Origin: Candidatus Edwardsbacteria bacterium
GTDB taxonomy: Bacteria > Edwardsbacteria > AC1 > EtOH8
Assembly (NCBI GenBank): GCA_018821925.1
Contig: JAHJLF010000053.1
Span: 495 to 64,494, forward strand
Length of the DNA: 64,000 nt
Reading direction: 5' to 3'
Made by a program: the position numbers and the translations under genes. A model generated the notes under the pieces. The model did not search any database and was not told the DNA's origin. It was given only the letters and a program-made list of their open reading frames with translations. Below are positions 17,014 through 27,642 of this stretch, piece after piece (position 1 is the stretch's first letter; each line of letters opens with the position of its first letter).

Positions 17014-20000
17014 TCATGCTTTAATTTTATATTTCTCTATCAACCTGTAAAAATGGCGCCGGGAAATTCCTACTGACTTTGCCGCCAGCGTAATGTTGCC
17101 GTTAAAGTTTTTTATGGCCTCCCCAATTTCCTGTCCTTGATCGATCTGCTTCTTGTCTTTTATTGTTGCCATATCCGAAGATATCTCCAGCTCTTTAATG
17201 GATATGGTCTTTGTATTCGCCAATAATGCAGCCTTTTGGATGGTGTTCTCCAGCTCCCTTACATTGCCGGGCCAGGAGTAATTCATCATTTGATGCTTTG
17301 CTTCCGAGCTGAACCGCAGCCCTATTTTACCGAATTTTTTCTGGTATTTATCCTTGAAAAACTCCGCCAAAAGCAGGATATCGCTTCCCCGCTCCCGCAG
17401 TGGCGGAATGGGAATGGTCACAACCTTAAGGCGGTAATACAGGTCCGCCCGGAAACGCCCCTCGTTGATCTCGATCTCCAGGTCCCGGTTGGTGGCGCAG
17501 ATCACCCGTACATCCACCGTCCGGCTGGCAGATTCTCCCACCCTCCTGATCTCGCCGCTTTCCAGCACCCTCAACAGGCGGGGCTGGACCGCCTGACTGG
17601 CGCTGGAGATCTCGTCCAGGAACACCGTGCCCCCGTCGGCCGATTCAAAAAGCCCGGTCTTGTCTTTGTTGGCCCCGGTAAAAGCCCCCCTGACATAGCC
17701 GAACAGTTCCGATTCCAGAAGCGTTTCGGGGAGCGAGCCGCAATCCAGGGCCAGGAACTTTTGTCCCCTTCTTTCCGACAGTTTGTGAATGGCCTGGGCC
17801 ATTACCTCTTTGCCCGATCCGGATTCGCCGTCCAGCAACACGTTTATGTCCGCTTTGGCAATGACCTTTATCCTGTCGATCATCTGCTGCATTGGCGCGG
17901 ACTGTCCGATTACTAAGGAAGAAATATCTTCTGCCTGCGATATGGCATCGCCCTGGCTGGATTTGAGCTTAGTGATCAGTTTATTGCTCTCCAGCACCGC
18001 ACCGATAATGCCGGCCAAAGCCAGCACGAATTCCTTCTGTTCCTTGCCGAATAGCCCTGAGGTGACCCTCGAATCCAGATAGATGGCCCCGGCCGCCCCT
18101 TCCCGGAAGCTGATGGGAACGCACAACAATGATCTGATGACATTCCGCTGAACGCTCAATCTGGAGCTGAATGCTTCATCCACCGAAGCATCGTTGGAAA
18201 TTATCACATCCCCCTGGCTGGCGCTGTTCAATACCGCCGAAGCTGAAAATTCCAGAGCGTCGTTCTTGGTCTGGTCATCCAGGTCGATCTGGGCCGCCAG
18301 GCTTATTTTAGATTTTTCATCCAGCAGGAACAAGGCCCCTCTTTCGGCCCCCGCCATCTCCACCGCCAGCTTTAGGGCAGACTGGGCCAGGGATCGCTGG
18401 CTGCCCTCAGTTGACAATGTTTCGGCTAATTGGTAAATGCCTCTAAGCAATTCTACCGGAACGGTTGATTTGCCGGACTGGCCGAAATATATACGCGAAG
18501 CTTTGACGATGATCTCCCGGACTCTCTTTAAATAATCGGGGGTTCCCATTTCGATGAATTCCGATTCCGCCTTTAGCAGCCCGGGCATTATTTCCCTCAA
18601 TAGATCTCTATCATTATATTTTATCGCTTCTTCGGCTGTTTGCAGCCAGCAATTGGCGGCATAGAACTTGTCCCCGCTTTCCAGCATTTCCTTTCCAGCC
18701 GCCAGGGACATCCTGGCCCCCTCCAATCTTGTGTTTTCATCAGCCATATTTATCATTCCCTCCACCGCTTTTATCCGGCTGACCAGTACCGGGTTTTTAT
18801 CCGGGGCATCTTTTGCCGCTTTCAACCATTCATTGGCCTTTTCAATATTACTTATTTTATATTCCGCATAGGCCATATCCGCATATATCTCGGGATCAGG
18901 TGTCATGGCCTTATCCTTATAGTCATCAAGCGCCTCGGCAAAGGTGGATAGGGCCATCTCGTATTTTCCCTGTTCCAACTCAACCCCGGCCCTGGCTTTG
19001 AGGATCGTTTCCTCCGGATAGTGGGATTTTTGCAATCGGTTGACTTCGATAGCTTTGTCGATGCGCTCCAGGGCCAGCTCTTTTCTCCCCAGCATATTTT
19101 CCAATATCCCCAGGGTGGTCAGATAGCCGATCGGGGCGCCGGTTTCCCCATCCGCTTTACTTTGATGGTACAGCTCATAATATATATTATATGCCTGCCC
19201 GAACCTTCCCTGCTTCATGGATATGTTTGCCAGTCCGTATCTGGAGCTGATTAAACTGTTGGTTTCGTTGGTAGCCAAAGCGTGATAAATGCTGTTTTGA
19301 TGGGATTCTATTGCGCCCTTCCAGTCCTTAAGCTCGAATAATATCGCCCCCAGGCTGCAATAAACTTTAGCCAGCCGCTGGCTGGGAATCTGGGAATCCG
19401 CCCGACTTATCGTTTCCGTAATCACATCCCTGGCCTTCGTCAAATTTGACGTCATCCACAGAGCAATAGCATAAACAAAATCACTCCGCATTGAATCATC
19501 GCTCTCATCGCCGCAGGTATACTGCCGCGCCCTGTCGAGATAATTTATGACCTCCCCCCAGCAGCCATTACGGTATGCTAACTGAGCCATTAATTCATAA
19601 CTTAATTTTACCAGGCAGTCTTTTCCCTCCTTCGTGTTTTGAGAAATGCCGGTCTGAATTATCTTTTGCCCCAAGGCAGGGTCGCCCTTAATAGATTTAA
19701 CATACCCTCCATAGGCCCTGGCCATCATTACTATATCTTCATTAATAGATATACTGCCCCGGACGATCTCCTCGATTTTATTCTCGGCGACATCCAGAAA
19801 TCCGCCCGTTATCGAAACATAGAAAAATCGTTTCCAGTATTTCGGATCGTCTTTAAGAGTTTTTTCCAGGGACATCCAGGTCTCAAGGGCGTTTTTCCAT
19901 TGCCCGAGTTGGCAATAGGTGTCCGTGATTTTGACGGCCAGTTCCTTGTGAAGATCCGTTCCTGTTTTGCCCGAATCAACCAGATCCCGGGCCAGGAACA

Positions 20001-21765
20001 GTGTGCCGTAGATGTCCCTTGCCGCCGCCGCCTTTTTATACAACTGCAGCGTCACCCAAACCCAGCTTTCCCAATCTCCCTTTTGGGATAAAAGGTTTTT
20101 ATAGATGCCCCGGCAGAAAAACTGCCCGGTGGTATCCCCGCGGCCTTTTACCAATCCAGCAAACTCTTGATGTTCCCCTGTCCCCCACTTTCCGACCACC
20201 AGCGCTAAAACCTGATCGTCGCCCATTGCCCACCGGCCATCAAAATTTACTGTTTTGTATCTCAAGCCGATCACCGGATCCTGGTCTGAGGAGACCTTGC
20301 CTAAGCTGACGTTTATCGCCGCCCTTTTCTCGTCGCTGGACAGGTTTTGCCACCAGGCTTCCAGTTTATTTTTAATTTCTATCGGCCAGCTGGGGTCCTT
20401 ATGAATTTCTGGCCATTTTAAATGCCAGGTCCCGAGTTTTCGCCCGATCAGTTCTTGTCTGACCAGATGACCGACCAGTTTTTCAGCCCGCTCGATGTCA
20501 TTGCCGGTTTGTTTGATCAGCCAGCTGGCAAGCAGTCCCAGATCGTACCGGTTTATTCCGCTCAGACATCCCCTCAGAGCCCTTTGATATAACTGTTCCG
20601 TGGCCGGGTTCAATGAAAGGCGCACCATGTTCTCCGGCTGGCTTTGCGGATCATCACCCGTCCCGGCAAATATTATACTGAACTTCTTATCCCCGGCCAG
20701 CGTCTTTACTAGCTCTGTTGATTTCCCGGCATTATCAACCAGAATAAAAGATCCGTTTTCAAATTCAAGATCCCGCAAATTTGCATCGGTCAGCGCAGCT
20801 GCGTCAATATAATAACTCCGGCCTCCCTTAAGCTGGTTTATATAATTTACTTCCTTTAAAAAATGCGTCTTGCCGGCCCCCGGGCCGCCGGTCAAATTAA
20901 TCAAAACCGCCTGGCCTTTATTACACAAGGACCAGACCTTCCTTAAACCATCTTGCGGGGCGACATAATCGAAACCACTCAAATATTCTGGATCTTGAAA
21001 TATTTCCATTTCGCGGCCCGCCATAAGCAGCTCTCCGGCCGAACCCAACCTCTCAATCGGGTCGTGCCGGAGCATCTTCATCAGGATATCAGCCCCAGGG
21101 CCGGAGATCATTTCCTTGATATCGGCCATCAACGGTTCATTCCTGTTAAACCGCCTTTCGGGGGGGGGAAGTTTCCCGGACAGCATTTCATATAATAAAA
21201 GACCCAGGCTGTATACATCAGAAGCCTGGGTAATGATTCCCTGTCCCGAAATAAGTTCCGGAGAGGCATAGGCCGGAGTGCCGGCGGTGATCCCGGTCAG
21301 GCTTGATCCTGCCCTCCTGGCCAGGCCAAGATCCAGCAGCTTGACAACCGCACCGTTTAAAATGATATTCTCCGGTTTCAGGTCTCCGTGGATAAATCCC
21401 CGTTGGTGAATGAAATCCAGAATAACAGCCAGCTTATTCAACACGGTCAGGGCCTGGCTCTCCGGTAGCGGCCCCTTGGAAAGCCTGACCGACAAAGTGG
21501 TGCCGGGACAATATTCCTGGGCGAGCATGGCCGATTGTGATGTTTGGTAAAAATCATAAACTGCCGGCAGGCCCGGATGATTGATGCGGTGCAAGCGTAT
21601 GAATTCGTTTTTTAAGAGGGCACGGCCGGAAGCATCGGCTGTTTTTAAAGCCAGTTTCTTGCCGGTGATACTGTCCCGCACCAGAAATACTTTTCCGAAT
21701 CCGCCCTGCCCGATAGTTTCAAGGAGCTGGTACCGCCAATGCAATTTTATGTCGTCTCTTTCCAT
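17014..21765 (-). CDS. Sigma54-dependent enhancer-binding protein: Ser/Thr kinase + P-loop (STAND-like) + TPR + GAF + AAA+ + Fis HTH
   Basis: Kinase motifs GQGGFGKV, ALK, HGDLKPEN, DLG, GTPAYASPE; P-loop GGPGAGKT; TPR-like helices; GAF 'RSLLCVPI'; Walker A GESGSGKE, GAFTGA, 'WPGNVRELEN', HTH 'AAKSVGISRRHFYR'. Confidence 0.9.
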   Translation of the reverse strand: MERDDIKLHWRYQLLETIGQGGFGKVFLVRDSITGKKLALKTADASGRALLKNEFIRLHRINHPGLPAVYDFYQTSQSAMLAQEYCPGTTLSVRLSKGPLPESQALTVLNKLAVILDFIHQRGFIHGDLKPENIILNGAVVKLLDLGLARRAGSSLTGITAGTPAYASPELISGQGIITQASDVYSLGLLLYEMLSGKLPPPERRFNRNEPLMADIKEMISGPGADILMKMLRHDPIERLGSAGELLMAGREMEIFQDPEYLSGFDYVAPQDGLRKVWSLCNKGQAVLINLTGGPGAGKTHFLKEVNYINQLKGGRSYYIDAAALTDANLRDLEFENGSFILVDNAGKSTELVKTLAGDKKFSIIFAGTGDDPQSQPENMVRLSLNPATEQLYQRALRGCLSGINRYDLGLLASWLIKQTGNDIERAEKLVGHLVRQELIGRKLGTWHLKWPEIHKDPSWPIEIKNKLEAWWQNLSSDEKRAAINVSLGKVSSDQDPVIGLRYKTVNFDGRWAMGDDQVLALVVGKWGTGEHQEFAGLVKGRGDTTGQFFCRGIYKNLLSQKGDWESWVWVTLQLYKKAAAARDIYGTLFLARDLVDSGKTGTDLHKELAVKITDTYCQLGQWKNALETWMSLEKTLKDDPKYWKRFFYVSITGGFLDVAENKIEEIVRGSISINEDIVMMARAYGGYVKSIKGDPALGQKIIQTGISQNTKEGKDCLVKLSYELMAQLAYRNGCWGEVINYLDRARQYTCGDESDDSMRSDFVYAIALWMTSNLTKARDVITETISRADSQIPSQRLAKVYCSLGAILFELKDWKGAIESHQNSIYHALATNETNSLISSRYGLANISMKQGRFGQAYNIYYELYHQSKADGETGAPIGYLTTLGILENMLGRKELALERIDKAIEVNRLQKSHYPEETILKARAGVELEQGKYEMALSTFAEALDDYKDKAMTPDPEIYADMAYAEYKISNIEKANEWLKAAKDAPDKNPVLVSRIKAVEGMINMADENTRLEGARMSLAAGKEMLESGDKFYAANCWLQTAEEAIKYNDRDLLREIMPGLLKAESEFIEMGTPDYLKRVREIIVKASRIYFGQSGKSTVPVELLRGIYQLAETLSTEGSQRSLAQSALKLAVEMAGAERGALFLLDEKSKISLAAQIDLDDQTKNDALEFSASAVLNSASQGDVIISNDASVDEAFSSRLSVQRNVIRSLLCVPISFREGAAGAIYLDSRVTSGLFGKEQKEFVLALAGIIGAVLESNKLITKLKSSQGDAISQAEDISSLVIGQSAPMQQMIDRIKVIAKADINVLLDGESGSGKEVMAQAIHKLSERRGQKFLALDCGSLPETLLESELFGYVRGAFTGANKDKTGLFESADGGTVFLDEISSASQAVQPRLLRVLESGEIRRVGESASRTVDVRVICATNRDLEIEINEGRFRADLYYRLKVVTIPIPPLRERGSDILLLAEFFKDKYQKKFGKIGLRFSSEAKHQMMNYSWPGNVRELENTIQKAALLANTKTISIKELEISSDMATIKDKKQIDQGQEIGEAIKNFNGNITLAAKSVGISRRHFYRLIEKYKIKA

Positions 21766-21766
21766 C

Positions 21767-23344
21767 TTATCGTTTTTCCCGGTCTTTCTCTTTCCAGGAA
21801 AAGCTTGTCAGCCCGAGCTGGCCGCCGGCCCATAATACACCGTCCACTGATAACACCTTTGCCACATGCTCATCCAGCAGTCCGTCCTCCTTGCGATACA
21901 CCATCCACAAGCTTTTAGCTTTCTCAAAACGGACCAATCCGGCATCGGTGCCAATCCAAAGATTGTTATCATCCACTGCCAGACATACCGATCTGCCGGC
22001 ATTATAATTGCCTGCCCGGGGATATTTTTCCCAGGAGGCGCTTCTTCTGTCGTAGCGCAGCAGGACATCTCCCGACAGCCACCAAACATAAGGTCCATCA
22101 ACCGCTACCCCCAGTAATTCGCCATCCATTTCGACCGGAGATTTACCGTCATAGCGGTATATTTTCAGGCTGTCGGATTTATCCAAAATCAAGCCGCCCT
22201 GGCTGGTGGCCAGGTAAACCTGGCCGGTTCCCAGGGCTATCTGGTTGACTTCACGCTCATCCTGGCCCTCCCAGCCAAAGGATTTACCGCCTGATTTTAC
22301 AGCATATATTGCCGGGCCGGAGCGGGTGCCCACCCACAGCGTGTCGGATTGCAGCAACAATGCAGTAATCATGTCATCGGGCAGGCCGTCATAACGGGTG
22401 ATGGTGGTGGCAAAATCACTTCCTCTCTTGACCGTGATGATCCCCCGGTCGGTCCCGATGAACACCCTTTTATCGTCAAAAGCCAGACAGTTAAGGCGGT
22501 AGTTCGCCAGGTCAAGATTGAACAGTTTGTTGAGCTGTTGCCACTGGTCGCTATCTTTGGTTATCAGGGTTATGCCCCCCTGTCCGGTTGTGCCTACGGT
22601 ATGGCCGCTGGCATACAGCCCGGAGACGCTGGTGCTGGCTAAAAAGCCCTTGGTGACCTGGATTTTTTCTTTGCTGATCAGATCATACTTCCACAACCCC
22701 AAGCCGGAATAAGCCGCCCAGGCATACCGGCCGGTAAATTCTGCCGCATAGGCGGTAAGATAATGCCGCCCGGCCCAGCTATCCCAAATCGGCTCGGCCA
22801 GAAAATACAGCCGGCTGTTGCTTCTAAGCGATTCGGCATCGACCCGGCCGAACCATTCCAGTTGTTGGGGGATGGCTGATTCTTTGCTGCACTTCCCCGA
22901 CCATCGATCGCAAAGATAATACCCGCCGGGGGTCCTGACCCAGACGCCTTCGGCGCCAAAAGCCACCTGGGCTATGGTTTCGGGAAGGAATATAGGGGGG
23001 TTCTGCATGTCGGATATCAGGCGGTAGGGGATCATTTTGTCGGCATAGACAAAATAGAGGTCGTTGAAGTAATGGTCCAGGGCCGTGAACTGAAAGTTGC
23101 TGCTGGGGGGATGCAGGGGAAAAGAAAAATCCCATTTATCAAACAGCTTATCATACCTGGCCCCGGCGGCCGATGAAAAAGCATACACATAACGGGGGTC
23201 GGTTATTATGGTGCGGATGTCGCCTTCAAAGGTAGCGCCGCCGAAGCTCCTATATTGATGCCAATCCGATTGAGCCCAGGCCCCGCCGATGAGAAATAAA
23301 ATTAAAGCTATAACTGCCTTTGATATTTTTGCCGAATTTTTCAT
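21767..23344 (-). CDS. Secreted beta-propeller protein (two-component-regulator propeller-like repeats)
   Basis: Signal peptide; repeated 'DGLPDD..ITAL...LWVGT', 'LWIGTDAGL', 'DGLLDE' motifs. Confidence 0.75.
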   Translation of the reverse strand: MKNSAKISKAVIALILFLIGGAWAQSDWHQYRSFGGATFEGDIRTIITDPRYVYAFSSAAGARYDKLFDKWDFSFPLHPPSSNFQFTALDHYFNDLYFVYADKMIPYRLISDMQNPPIFLPETIAQVAFGAEGVWVRTPGGYYLCDRWSGKCSKESAIPQQLEWFGRVDAESLRSNSRLYFLAEPIWDSWAGRHYLTAYAAEFTGRYAWAAYSGLGLWKYDLISKEKIQVTKGFLASTSVSGLYASGHTVGTTGQGGITLITKDSDQWQQLNKLFNLDLANYRLNCLAFDDKRVFIGTDRGIITVKRGSDFATTITRYDGLPDDMITALLLQSDTLWVGTRSGPAIYAVKSGGKSFGWEGQDEREVNQIALGTGQVYLATSQGGLILDKSDSLKIYRYDGKSPVEMDGELLGVAVDGPYVWWLSGDVLLRYDRRSASWEKYPRAGNYNAGRSVCLAVDDNNLWIGTDAGLVRFEKAKSLWMVYRKEDGLLDEHVAKVLSVDGVLWAGGQLGLTSFSWKEKDREKR

Positions 23345-23360
23345 TTTCTGATGATAGGAG

Positions 23361-23918
23361 TTATTGGGCCGGAAAAGTCAGACTGCCGTCGGGTTGGTAA
23401 ACCCATTTAAAAGTTGTTTCGGTAATGTTGTTGATGCTGTCAACCGTAATTTTGGTAATAATTATCTTGGCATATTTTTTTTGATTTGCCCTGATAGCCA
23501 GGGTTTGATATACTGACAGGTTGGATATTGGGGAAACAAATCCCGAGGTGTCCGAAATAGCCGTCAGCGAGTCGAAAAAGGCATAGGCGTTTGACGAGTC
23601 CGGGGAGCTATCCAGTAATTTAAAAGCCGAATTGCCGTCTATCGACCAAAATTGCGGCAGATAATTGGTTGCTAAGGATACTCTTACCGAAATATCCGGA
23701 AAAACCTCGCTGGTGTTGGGGTAATAGATTACCTGGGCTGTGGCAAAATAAAATCCGCTTCCGTTATAATTTACCACTTCTTTGTTGTCAACGGTGGCGG
23801 TACCCGAGGTGGGATATACCGGGTCGTCAGGAATTACGATCTCCACCGGCTTGGCGCAGGATAAAAAAAGATACAATGCCATTAACAATAAATATGCTTT
23901 ATGGATTCTGCCGAACAT
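23361..23918 (-). CDS. Hypothetical lipoprotein
   Basis: Lipobox 'FLSC'; beta-rich. Confidence 0.7.
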   Translation of the reverse strand: MFGRIHKAYLLLMALYLFLSCAKPVEIVIPDDPVYPTSGTATVDNKEVVNYNGSGFYFATAQVIYYPNTSEVFPDISVRVSLATNYLPQFWSIDGNSAFKLLDSSPDSSNAYAFFDSLTAISDTSGFVSPISNLSVYQTLAIRANQKKYAKIIITKITVDSINNITETTFKWVYQPDGSLTFPAQ

Positions 23919-23931
23919 TGGCTGCTCCTTG

Positions 23932-25107
23932 TTATTGGGATAAATAATTTAAAGCTATTGCTGTCAGGATCTCGGCCCCCAGCGGAAGCGCCTTTTCGTC
24001 TATGGCGAATTTGGGGTGATGCCAGGGGTGGGCTGTAGCCCGATCTTTACGGCTGCCCAGCCTTAAAAATGCCCCCGGCGCCTTTTGTAAAAAATAGGCC
24101 ATATCCTCGCCGCCCATCATGGGCTCGGTGATGCGGACTGCGGTTTTTTTGCCGTGCAGTGAAGCTATTACCTTTTCACAGAAGTCGACCATGCCCGGGT
24201 CGTTGAACAGCACTGGATAGCCCCTCTCATATCTTAAGCTGGCTTTCAGCCCGTTGGCCCGGGCAATGCCTTCGGCCAGCTGCCTGATCCAGATGGGCAT
24301 CATTTTGGTGGAATAGAAATCGATGGTGCGGGCGGTGCCCGTTAAAAGCGCCTGTTGAGGAACGATATTATGCTTGCTGCCGGCCTGGACCTGACCGACG
24401 GTCACCACCGCCGGGTGGACCGGATCGACCTTTCGGCTGGCTATGGTCTGCAGGCCCATGATTATCTGGGCCGCGGTGGTCACCGGGTCCAGGCAGTCGT
24501 GGGGCCGGGCGGCATGGCCGCCCTTTCCGGCAATCGTGATCTCGAAATTATCCGAGGCCGCCATCATCGGCCCCTTGCAGAGGCCCACCTTCCCTGTGGG
24601 AAGGGAGGAATCCAGGTGGAGGGCAAAGACGGCATTCACCCTGGGAGCTTCCATGGCACCATCCTTGATCATCCCCAGGGCGCCGCCGGGGGGCGTTTCC
24701 TCCCCCGGCTGGAAAAGAAATTTGACCTGCCCCTTGATCACATCTCTTTGGGAGGACAACATTTTTGCCGCTCCCAACAGCATGGCCATATGCCCGTCGT
24801 GCCCGCAGGCGTGCATGATCCCGGGGTTATTTGAAACATAGGATGTTCTGTTGTCTTCATTGACCGGCAGGGCGTCCATATCGGCCCTCAATGCCACGGT
24901 CTTCCCCTTACGGCAGCCCTGGAGCAGGCCCACCACCCCGGTGCCGCCTACCTTAAGTTTAACCCTCATCCCGAGCTTTTTCAACTCAGCCGCCAACACC
25001 CGGGAGGTTTGAAATTCCTTGAAAGAAAGCTCGGGATTTTTATGGAAATGTCTCCGCCATCCTATGACATAATTATCGATGTTCGGTGGGCTTTTTATCA
25101 ACTTCAC
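23932..25107 (-). CDS. M20 family amidohydrolase (M20D)
   Basis: 'PELSFKE', 'LRADMDALP', 'MHACGHD', 'QPGEE', 'GGHAARPH', 'GEDMA'. Confidence 0.92.
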   Translation of the reverse strand: MKLIKSPPNIDNYVIGWRRHFHKNPELSFKEFQTSRVLAAELKKLGMRVKLKVGGTGVVGLLQGCRKGKTVALRADMDALPVNEDNRTSYVSNNPGIMHACGHDGHMAMLLGAAKMLSSQRDVIKGQVKFLFQPGEETPPGGALGMIKDGAMEAPRVNAVFALHLDSSLPTGKVGLCKGPMMAASDNFEITIAGKGGHAARPHDCLDPVTTAAQIIMGLQTIASRKVDPVHPAVVTVGQVQAGSKHNIVPQQALLTGTARTIDFYSTKMMPIWIRQLAEGIARANGLKASLRYERGYPVLFNDPGMVDFCEKVIASLHGKKTAVRITEPMMGGEDMAYFLQKAPGAFLRLGSRKDRATAHPWHHPKFAIDEKALPLGAEILTAIALNYLSQ

Positions 25108-25955
25108 TCCTCTTTGCAGATCCCAAAGGCTTGGTTCTTTCCCATAGCCTTGGCCTTATATAATAATTTATCGGCGCAATCCAGCAGCTCGATCTTGCTT
25201 CCCCCGTCATCGGGGAACGAGGCCACCCCGGCGCTGACCGTGACCTTGCCGCCTGGCATGACTTTCTGATTGGGAAAATGTCCGGCGGCTACCTTCTGGC
25301 AGATCCGCCCGGCGATAGTCAGGGCCCCCTTCTTTTTGGTGGAGGGCAGGATGATGGTGAATTCCTCGCCCCCGTAGCGGGAGGTGGCATCCACCTTGCG
25401 CACCGCTTGCAGCATAATCTTGGAGATTTCCACCAGCAGTACGTCCCCGGCGATGTGCCCGTTGGCGTCGTTGTAGATCTTGAAATCGTCCACATCGATC
25501 ATCAGCAGGGAGAACGACATCCCGTAGCGCCGGGCCCTCTCCACCTCCTCGTCCAAGCGGTCCTGGAAAAAACGGTGATTATAGAGCCCGGTCAGGCCGT
25601 CGGTTACCGCCGACAGCAGGGTCTTTTCGAACAGATCTATCTCGATTATTTTGGGGTTCTGTATCTGTTGCTGGAGGTTGATGAAATAATCCAGCAGGGC
25701 CACCCTGACCCCCACATTGCGGCCCAGCTTTCGGCTCATCTCCTGCTTGTGCTGTAGCACCTTCTCCCAATGCTGTTTGGCCTGGTTCTCGCTGAAGTGG
25801 AGATGGACCATGGTGTATATCAGGTCGCTGTACAGGCTGTCGGCCTTCTCCCGGCGCACCTGCTCCACCTGTTTCAATATCTCCGCGGTCTCGCCGTTAT
25901 CCTGGCCCAGGGACGAAATGACCTCCTTGGTGAAATTATTTTTTCGGGATTTCAT
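25104..25955 (-). CDS. Diguanylate cyclase (GGDEF domain)
   Basis: 'DGLTGLYN', 'DVDDFKIYND..GH..GD', active site GGEEF, I-site RKVD. Confidence 0.92.
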   Translation of the reverse strand: MKSRKNNFTKEVISSLGQDNGETAEILKQVEQVRREKADSLYSDLIYTMVHLHFSENQAKQHWEKVLQHKQEMSRKLGRNVGVRVALLDYFINLQQQIQNPKIIEIDLFEKTLLSAVTDGLTGLYNHRFFQDRLDEEVERARRYGMSFSLLMIDVDDFKIYNDANGHIAGDVLLVEISKIMLQAVRKVDATSRYGGEEFTIILPSTKKKGALTIAGRICQKVAAGHFPNQKVMPGGKVTVSAGVASFPDDGGSKIELLDCADKLLYKAKAMGKNQAFGICKEE

Positions 25956-26015
25956 AACTTACCTCATCTGATATTGACGATGGCCTGATAAAAAATCTCT
26001 AAACCAAACGAGCTC

Positions 26016-27215
26016 TCAGCAGGATTTGCTATTGATGCCGCAGGAGGCCCGGGGGGCGATGGGCGACATCTCCCGCAGGCGGGCCACCGCCTGGGACAGC
26101 ACCCCCACGGTATAATCCATCTGTTCTTCGGTGTTGCCTCTTCCTATGGAAAAACGCAATGACCCCTGGGCGATCTCGGTGGGCACCCCCATGGCCGCCA
26201 GCACGTGGGATGGCTCCAGGCTGCCGGAGGTGCAGGCCGAGCCCGAGGAGGCCGCGATCCCCTTCATGTCCAGAGACAGTAAGATGCCCTCCCCCTCGAT
26301 GTATTCGAATGAGACGTTCAGGATCCCCGGTAGCGATTTTTCCGGGTGCCCGTTCCGCCTGACATGGAGAATGTTCTTCTCGATGCCCTGCCACAATCTT
26401 TCCCGCAGGGCGGTCAAACGGTCCCATTGGACCAGCCTTTCGCCGGCGGCCAGTTCTGCGGCCGCCCCCAGACCGGCGATCCCGGCAACGTTCTCGGTGC
26501 CGGCCCGGCGGTTCTTTTCGTGTCCGCCCCCGTGGATCAGGGGATGCAGGCGGGTCCCCTTTTTGACATACAACGCTCCGACCCCCTTGGGGCCGTATAT
26601 TTTGTGGGCCGATACCGACAGCAGATCCACCCCCAGGGTTTTCACGTCCGTCTCCAGTTTGCCGAAGGCCTGGACGGCATCGCTGTGAAACAATACCTTG
26701 TTCTCCCGGCAGATATTGGCCAGCTCCGGCAGGGGCTGGATGGTGCCGACCTCGTTGTTGGCCTGCATCACCGAAACCAGTATGGTCTTCTGGTTTATCG
26801 CCCGCCTCAGTTCTTCGGGGTCCACCAGGCCATATCGGTCCACCCCCAAAAAGGTGGTCCTGATGTTGAAATGTTTCTGCAGGTACTCAAAGGTGTGGAG
26901 CACCGCATGATGCTCTATTTTGGTGGTGATGATGTGATCGCCCTTGTCCCGGTTGGCAAATACCGCCCCCTTGATGGCCTGGTTGTCGGACTCGGTCCCG
27001 GAGCCGGTAAAAACCACCTCCGAAGGATCGCAAGCCAGCGCCGCCGCCACCTTTTCCCGGGAGGCCTCTATTGACTGGCGGACCTCCCGGCCCAGCGAAT
27101 GAATGCTGGAGGGATTCCCGAACTTGGGGCCGTAAAAGGGAAGCATGGCCTGCAGGACCTCCTCCCGCACCGGCGTGGTGGCGCTGTGATCAAGATAGAT
27201 ATGTTCCATTTTCAT
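26016..27215 (-). CDS. iscS: Cysteine desulfurase IscS/NifS
   Basis: 'YLDHSATTP', PLP lysine motif 'SAHKIYGPKG', catalytic 'SSGSACTS'. Confidence 0.92.
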   Translation of the reverse strand: MKMEHIYLDHSATTPVREEVLQAMLPFYGPKFGNPSSIHSLGREVRQSIEASREKVAAALACDPSEVVFTGSGTESDNQAIKGAVFANRDKGDHIITTKIEHHAVLHTFEYLQKHFNIRTTFLGVDRYGLVDPEELRRAINQKTILVSVMQANNEVGTIQPLPELANICRENKVLFHSDAVQAFGKLETDVKTLGVDLLSVSAHKIYGPKGVGALYVKKGTRLHPLIHGGGHEKNRRAGTENVAGIAGLGAAAELAAGERLVQWDRLTALRERLWQGIEKNILHVRRNGHPEKSLPGILNVSFEYIEGEGILLSLDMKGIAASSGSACTSGSLEPSHVLAAMGVPTEIAQGSLRFSIGRGNTEEQMDYTVGVLSQAVARLREMSPIAPRASCGINSKSC

Positions 27216-27243
27216 TACCCTAAGTGAAACAGCTGTGTTGGGA

Positions 27244-27549
27244 TTATTTTTTCTTAAGCCCCTCCACCACCCGGGCCCGCTTTCCTTCGATGGTCACCGG
27301 CTTGTCCTTCCGGTCGTCGATCTTGATGGAGGTGAACACCCGCGGGGCCCCGGTGGAAAGGCAGCGCTGATGCATGGCCTGGGCCACCGCCAGAATATCT
27401 TCCAACGGGCCCTCGATATTGGTGCCCATGGAGGTTATCTCCAGCTTCAGCCCGGTGCTTTTTGCCAGCTTGATGGTGTCCACCACAAAGCTGGAAACGC
27501 TGGGACTCCCGGTGCCCACTGGCACGACGGTGATCTCGGCAATGGCCAT
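27244..27549 (-). CDS. MTH1187/YkoF-family thiamine-binding protein (UPF0045)
   Basis: 'AEITVVPVGTGSPSVS', 'MGTNIEG', 'RVFTSIKIDDR'. Confidence 0.85.
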   Translation of the reverse strand: MAIAEITVVPVGTGSPSVSSFVVDTIKLAKSTGLKLEITSMGTNIEGPLEDILAVAQAMHQRCLSTGAPRVFTSIKIDDRKDKPVTIEGKRARVVEGLKKK

Positions 27550-27642
27550 TTCCTGTCTCCTAAAAAACGTTGGATATTCCGGCGGCCGGCTTATTGAAGC
27601 CAGCCGCTGTATTTTATGGGCTGATAACGGCGCCGGGCGGAT

